Source: an uncultured Candidatus Saccharibacteria bacterium | Lineage (GTDB): Bacteria > Patescibacteriota > Minisyncoccia > Phycocordibacterales > Phycocordibacteraceae | Direction: 5' to 3' | Length of the DNA: 64,000 nt | Assembly: GCA_964507275.1 (NCBI GenBank) | Contig: CAZDPG010000001.1 | Location: forward strand, 404,577 to 468,576 | Shown here: piece after piece, positions 56,449 through 64,000 of the stretch | Layout: every line of letters starts with the position of its first letter | Numbering within the stretch: the stretch's first letter is position 1 | Program-made: the position numbers and the translations under genes | The notes under the pieces: generated by a model | Databases searched by the model: none | Seen by the model: the letters and a program-made list of their open reading frames with translations, nothing else | What the model was told of the DNA's origin: nothing

Positions 56449-57030
56449 CTAAATCGCACGGAATTCGCGGAAGACCGCTTCATACTGTGCGATGGTGCGA
56501 CGAGCGAGCGTATCGGAAAGGTCGAATGCCGATCCTTGGTGTGCAATCTGATTGCGTACTTTATGCGCCTCCCATGCCTCGTTCAGAGTATTGAAGTCTG
56601 ACGACTCGACGGACTTCAATTTCTCACCGACACCCTCGCCGTCATATCCCTGCTTCGTGAGCATGTCATCGAGCATGATGTCCGCTTCGATAATCGCCGA
56701 GCGCCAATCGCTCGGGTTCACACTGCGAGCGAGTTCCTCAATGTGAAGCCAGCGCGGATTCACACCTCCCACACTCTCAGGTGCGAGGAGAATCGTGCCG
56801 TAATACTCCTCCTCACGATTGCGTAGTTCAAAGAGTCGTACCGTCGAGTAGATAATGAAAACCAAAGCCAGGATGGCGAGGATGTAGCCGATGATGATAA
56901 TCCAAATCCAGACATGCGCTATCCACGCCGAGAATTCCGTCAGGTCTACCGACCCGTAGCATGAGCCATGCAGGCACTCGTAGAGGAGACGAAACCAATA
57001 TTCAACGTTGGTCTGATTGCCGGCCATCAC
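56449..57030 (-). CDS. Conserved hypothetical single-TM protein
   Basis: TM followed by W..AIIEAD.MLD..L...G..G..GEKLK...AWEAHKVRN.IAH. Confidence 0.75.
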   Translation of the reverse strand: MMAGNQTNVEYWFRLLYECLHGSCYGSVDLTEFSAWIAHVWIWIIIIGYILAILALVFIIYSTVRLFELRNREEEYYGTILLAPESVGGVNPRWLHIEELARSVNPSDWRSAIIEADIMLDDMLTKQGYDGEGVGEKLKSVESSDFNTLNEAWEAHKVRNQIAHQGSAFDLSDTLARRTIAQYEAVFREFRAI

Positions 57031-57052
57031 TCTCTAGTATAAACGAAAAATA

Positions 57053-58489
57053 CTAGATGCTGCGCACCTTCTCCACCATACTGCTTGCAACAAAGAGAGC
57101 GCCTTCCGCTTGATGCGGCGCGGTGAAGTGGATGCCGACCGGGAGCGGCGATCCTTCCCGCTCGACCGTACCCATCGGAACGGAGATTGCTGGCATGCCA
57201 GTGAGGTTGGCGGTTACGGTAAATATATCCTCCAGATACATCGCTATCGGATCGCTCTTCTCACCGAACTTGAACGCTGGAGAGAGCGTCGTAGGGAAAG
57301 CGATGACATCGCATCTCTCGAACGCTTTGTCATATTCGCGGCGCAGCACTGCACGAGCAGCATCAGCCTTCTTGTAATAGGCATCGATGTAGCCCGAGGA
57401 GAGCACAAACGTGCCGAGCAAGATGCGGCGACGCGTCTCTTCGCCAAACCCTTCGGTGCGGGAGAGTAGGTAATCATCAAGCAGCGTCTCACCACGTGCG
57501 GCGTGGCCGTAGCGAATGCCATCGAGCCGGGCAAGATTCGCCGAGACCTCCGCAGGCATGATGACGTAATACGCCGCGAGAGCATGTGAGCTCATTGGCA
57601 GTTCGATATCGACGAGAGTGTTCCCTGCCGTCTCAAGCTGTGCGAGCGTCGCATCAAATGCGGCACGTACATCGGTATCAAGACCTTCGGTGAGCAGGTG
57701 GCGCGGTACACCGATACGTAGAGACGTTGCTGCCGGACGAGCAGGATACATACCATCAGCAATCGTCGTCGAATCGAGCACGTCTATACCCTGAATTGCT
57801 TCATACAGAATGCGGGCATCCTCGACAGTTTTCGTAAGAGGGCCGATTTGATCAAGCGACGAACCCATCGCGATGAGTCCTGAGCGCGAGACAGCCCCAT
57901 AGGTCGGCTTCAGTCCCACGAGGCCGGTAAGCGCAGCTGGCTGGCGGATAGAACCGCCCGTGTCAGAGCCGAGCGCTGCAATCGCAAGGTGCGCTGCGAC
58001 GGCAGCGGCAGACCCGCCAGACGATCCTCCTGGCACACGCGCAGTGTCGACTGGGTTGAGCGTCTTACCGAACGCCGAATGCTCGGTCGATGAACCCATG
58101 GCGAATTCATCCATATTAGTACGCCCGACGAAGAGTGCGCCGGCGTCTTTAAGCTTCTTTATCACCGTCGCGTCATACGTTGCGCGATAGTTCTCGAGCA
58201 TCTTGCTTGCCGCGCTCGCAATATGTCCTTCTATCAAAATATTGTCCTTAATCGCGAGCGGAATGCCGCAGAGAAACGGTGCGGACTCCCCTTCCGTATC
58301 AATACGTTCCTGCGCGCGAGCTATTGCCGCATCGTCGGCATCGAAAATCTCAAGATACGCGTTCAGTTCAGGATTCTTTTCTCGTGCCGCCGCGCTACAC
58401 GCATTCCACAGATCGCGCACAGAAATCTCCCTTGCGCGGAGTGCGCGGGCTGCTTCGGCTATCGAGAGCTCATTCGGTCGCTTAGTCAT
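57053..58489 (-). CDS. gatA: Asp/Glu-tRNA amidotransferase subunit A
   Basis: KDNI, NMDEFAMGSSTE, PGGSSGGSAAAV, GSDTGGSIRQPA, RRRILLGTFVLS.GY. Confidence 0.97.
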   Translation of the reverse strand: MTKRPNELSIAEAARALRAREISVRDLWNACSAAAREKNPELNAYLEIFDADDAAIARAQERIDTEGESAPFLCGIPLAIKDNILIEGHIASAASKMLENYRATYDATVIKKLKDAGALFVGRTNMDEFAMGSSTEHSAFGKTLNPVDTARVPGGSSGGSAAAVAAHLAIAALGSDTGGSIRQPAALTGLVGLKPTYGAVSRSGLIAMGSSLDQIGPLTKTVEDARILYEAIQGIDVLDSTTIADGMYPARPAATSLRIGVPRHLLTEGLDTDVRAAFDATLAQLETAGNTLVDIELPMSSHALAAYYVIMPAEVSANLARLDGIRYGHAARGETLLDDYLLSRTEGFGEETRRRILLGTFVLSSGYIDAYYKKADAARAVLRREYDKAFERCDVIAFPTTLSPAFKFGEKSDPIAMYLEDIFTVTANLTGMPAISVPMGTVEREGSPLPVGIHFTAPHQAEGALFVASSMVEKVRSI

Positions 58490-58775
58490 GAGTGATAATC
58501 TGCTTCACAGCAAGCGCGTCGCCATCGCGAGCAGGAAACTGTTCAGCGACTTTCTCGGTAAATGCTCCGGTCGGATGCGGTTCGCCATCGATCCGCATCA
58601 CATTGCGCACAGGGGGTTTCTCTCCGGTGATATCAACGGGCATATCCAGCTTTTCGAGCTGTCCCACATACGCGAGGATTGCATCGAATTCGCTCGTGAA
58701 TTTCTCGAGATCTGCGTCGTTTATTCTGATCCGCGCCAATTCCGCGAGTTTCTTTACTTCTGCTACTGTCGCCAT
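58482..58775 (-). CDS. gatC: Asp/Glu-tRNA amidotransferase subunit C
   Basis: VKKLAELARI, ILAYVGQL, NVMR.D; overlaps the gatA start. Confidence 0.92.
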   Translation of the reverse strand: MATVAEVKKLAELARIRINDADLEKFTSEFDAILAYVGQLEKLDMPVDITGEKPPVRNVMRIDGEPHPTGAFTEKVAEQFPARDGDALAVKQIITHD

Positions 58776-58837
58776 GCTAGAGACTCTATCACTTTTGAGC
58801 TGATTTCGGAATTCGCGCCAGAAATGCCAGAGTGTTC

Positions 58838-58881
58838 AGAAAAAAGTATACCCTCTCCCGCGCAAAGCGAGAAAGGGTATG
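58838..58881 (-). terminator. Terminator after the hypothetical gene
   Basis: Minus strand ATACCCTTTCTCGC..GCGGGAGAGGGTAT then ACTTTTTT. Confidence 0.65.
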
Positions 58882-58908
58882 TTGACGCCCGAATACAGAG
58901 AACAGGGA

Positions 58909-59595
58909 TCAGAGTTTCGAAGCGCCCAAGTCGCGGATGAGGAAACAGCGGCCGCCAGAGTACCAACGATTTGGGTGGTCGAGCCTGCGGACGTGCGCGT
59001 TCCAACCGAGATTCTCGCAGTTGACCGCGCCAACCGAGACGGGATTGTTTCCATTGCCAGTCGCGACGAAAAAGAAATTGCCGTAACCGTCAATACCCAC
59101 ACCGGTCTTTTCGCCGAGACCGGTCTTTTTGACCATTTCTTCAGCTTGCGGCAAGGTCATGATGTAACCGTTTTCGATGAGCCTCTCACCCAGAAGTACG
59201 GGGTTCATCCGCGAGCTCACGCCGAGGATTGCAGCCGCTGCTTCTGCAAACGTCCATGTTTCGGTGAAACCAACCGCCGTGATGATGCATGCGGCGGATT
59301 CCGGCTGAGTGGATGGGAGCCACCTGTCGAAATCTTTGTCGCGGAATACGTATCGCGAGCTGGGGAAGCAATTCCTTGTTTCCTCGGCAGCAATTGCGAT
59401 GAGGTTGGTTGTGGCGATGATGGAAAACGAGGGATGCTCCCCCATCTCAACCGCGAGTGATTTGAAGCCGGCAAGAACTTGTTTCGTTCCTTCCGGGTCA
59501 TTCATCCAGCGGTCCATGTCCACATCGGACGGGACATTCTGGATGAGCCAGCCCGCGAACGCCGCGGTTTTTTTGCAGTAGGCCTTCGCATCCAT
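58909..59595 (-). CDS. Hypothetical protein
   Basis: AAGGAG Shine-Dalgarno 9 nt before ATG (MDAKAY); own terminator. Confidence 0.7.
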   Translation of the reverse strand: MDAKAYCKKTAAFAGWLIQNVPSDVDMDRWMNDPEGTKQVLAGFKSLAVEMGEHPSFSIIATTNLIAIAAEETRNCFPSSRYVFRDKDFDRWLPSTQPESAACIITAVGFTETWTFAEAAAAILGVSSRMNPVLLGERLIENGYIMTLPQAEEMVKKTGLGEKTGVGIDGYGNFFFVATGNGNNPVSVGAVNCENLGWNAHVRRLDHPNRWYSGGRCFLIRDLGASKL

Positions 59596-59736
59596 GATGC
59601 GCTTCTCCTTGCTGGTAGCCCCGACCGAATAGTCGAGTTTCGCCACAGCAGAAAATGGCTTAGCATGTAGGCCTTTCTCTGCTGTGGCAAATGTACCCTC
59701 ACAACAAACTTGACTTCTAAAAGTTATGGTACGCTG

Positions 59737-62256
<2,520 letters not shown>

Positions 62257-62266
<10 letters not shown>

Positions 62267-62874
62267 GGTGTGAGATGACTGGTGACGGTCACGACATAGG
62301 GAGTCTCATGAAATGTCCACGACACCCTCGACACAATGCGCTCGTCTCCGGCTGAAACGTCAATCGCCTGAACCGTGCGGGTAAACGGCGTTCGTTCTGC
62401 CCCTCCGAGCTCGCTCTGTATAGTATAAATCCCATTCGTTAGATAGAGCGGTGAGCAAGTTTCCCCCGAGCACGGCACGAGCGCGAAACCGCTTCCCGAA
62501 CCCATGCTGCGGGACGGATCAAGCGTGCAGGTCGTTGTCCGGCACTGCGTAATCGATCCGGCGTTCGACCCGTTAAGGAAATTGCTCCACGCCGTGTCGG
62601 AAACGGTCGCCCCTCCCGTCTGATACGCCGCGAGATATTCAGTATCGCGCATAGCGCGCACATATTCGACGCCCTCCTGCGCGAGATACGACGCTGTCAA
62701 TTGGTCGCGGGCGATTTCCGCAGCAACAAGCGCACGGCTTGCGGTAAACAGCGGACCGGACACGGCAAACGTAAGAATGGTCACCGCAATCATGGTTTCG
62801 ATGAGCGTAAAGGCTCTCGGAGTTTTTACGTCGAGCGGTATATATGACCGGAGAATAGGTTTTTTCATGTTCAT
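62257..62874 (-). CDS. Prepilin-type protein (PilV-like)
   Basis: AFTLIETMIAV; A.YLAQEGVE.VR..RD. Confidence 0.85.
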
Positions 62875-63413
62875 ATATCGGTGCCGCGCATTGTCGCGGA
62901 TGTCTCGACCGTGAATGGCTCTTCCTTCCCTGGCCCTGTCGAGACCGTACCCGACACGATGATAACGACACGAGACTGCTGATAATCGCTCGGCGCGGGG
63001 CTCGTACCGGAAGCATAGAACAGGAGCGATGAGATGGTGACCGACGGGTCAGTCAGTGTACTTTGTATCGAATTGCTCGTCTTCACGAGCGAAGCGCCGG
63101 AGAGGCTGTAGGAAACCAAAACGCCATGTCTATTCCTAAACACGAAGCTGCTTGCGCCGCTCGGACAATCGCCGATTCCTCCGCAGTTATATGCAGAGCC
63201 GGTTCGTATGTCGCGCGTCATGGTCTCGAGCGCGAAGGAGAGATCGTCGATCCCGGTCGCAACCCCCTGAGCCTGACGATTCAGACCGATCATCACGAGA
63301 TAAGCCCCGGAGGAAAGCGTCATGACAAAGGCGAACAGGCCGACCGCCACGATGAGCTCAACGAGAGTGTATCCCGAGTGCCGAGTATGTTTTTTCGCAG
63401 GGGTCATGGGCAT
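62871..63413 (-). CDS. Prepilin-type protein (PilW-like)
   Basis: GYTLVELIVAV; ALE.MTRDIR.G. Confidence 0.85.
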   Translation of the reverse strand: MPMTPAKKHTRHSGYTLVELIVAVGLFAFVMTLSSGAYLVMIGLNRQAQGVATGIDDLSFALETMTRDIRTGSAYNCGGIGDCPSGASSFVFRNRHGVLVSYSLSGASLVKTSNSIQSTLTDPSVTISSLLFYASGTSPAPSDYQQSRVVIIVSGTVSTGPGKEEPFTVETSATMRGTDI

Positions 63414-64000
63414 GATGTGGCGTTTGCGGTTATGCGACCGGTGGAAGAAACCGCGACGTAGCGTTCTCCGCCGAGGGGAGAAGAGATTGTGAGACAGGCA
63501 TTCGTGACCGGAGAGAGAGCTGAATAAGCTCGGTTGACGCTCATAAACGGATCAGCATCCGGACGCGCAAACACAATGTCGAGGGCGGTCAGGCCGCCAC
63601 CCTGTGCATACGCGCACGACCATGCCCCGGATGCAAAGGCACAGAAATCACCAACGGTGATGTTGTTTCCGAGCGTATAAGTCGTCACCATCAGATCCTG
63701 TCCCGATTCATAACTGCAGTTCCCCGGCTGCGCATCAAGCGTGGACGGATCATCTACGGAATGGCAGACGGACAACGCGGACGGCGCGGGATAGGTGTCG
63801 GCAAAAAGAGTGAATGATCCAGGTGTCGATAATTCAAAGTGCATGCCGTACCCGGTCGGCATCATATTAATCGCATGTCCCCCGAGTCCGTAGGTTGCGG
63901 CGGAACGAAGCGAGAGCGCCACATCATACGCCGTATTCGCAAGAATAAGCGTCTTATTGAAAGCGCTCTGACTCGTGAGCACGACCGACGTGATCGTGAC
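63404..64000 (-). CDS. Prepilin-type protein (FimT-like); 5' end outside the window
   Basis: L.NTAYDVALSLRSA, YGMHF, C-terminal V.VSSTGRI; in the pilin cluster. Confidence 0.7.
   Translation of the reverse strand, partial: VTITSVVLTSQSAFNKTLILANTAYDVALSLRSAATYGLGGHAINMMPTGYGMHFELSTPGSFTLFADTYPAPSALSVCHSVDDPSTLDAQPGNCSYESGQDLMVTTYTLGNNITVGDFCAFASGAWSCAYAQGGGLTALDIVFARPDADPFMSVNRAYSALSPVTNACLTISSPLGGERYVAVSSTGRITANATSCP

Overview
A gene-dense bacterial chromosome segment. Gene content and style point to a Patescibacteria/CPR (Parcubacteria-like) genome; this is inference. Supporting signs are a shortened RF2, clustered type IV prepilins, a class F sortase, a CxxC-x17-CxxC protein, -10 boxes directly before start codons, and tRNAs mostly lacking encoded CCA. 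Housekeeping genes include ftsH, smpB-ssrA, cfa, typA, an ABC-F ATPase, a pseudouridine synthase, prmC, engB, pyrG, ftsEX, prfB, ppsA, eno, gatAC, ligA and six tRNAs. The most striking observation is a ~130-nt stand-alone RNA at 18747-18875 (minus strand), lying between a YhiN/HI0933 flavoprotein gene and engB. It reproduces the L1 stalk (H76-H78) of 23S rRNA with compensatory base changes, and has its own predicted promoter and terminator. Other notable loci: (1) a PaaK-like ligase / ThiF / nitroreductase / 7TM histidine kinase operon, a candidate signal synthesis-and-sensing system; (2) a DUF5343 + HEPN cassette bounded by direct repeats just after tmRNA; (3) a sortase F locus with two ice-binding-like DUF3494 proteins between two tRNA-Thr genes; (4) a glycerate-to-lactate operon coupled to a flavinylation-based redox module; (5) small islets at tRNA-Gln and tRNA-fMet. 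All family assignments are from motif recognition by eye; no database searches were run.
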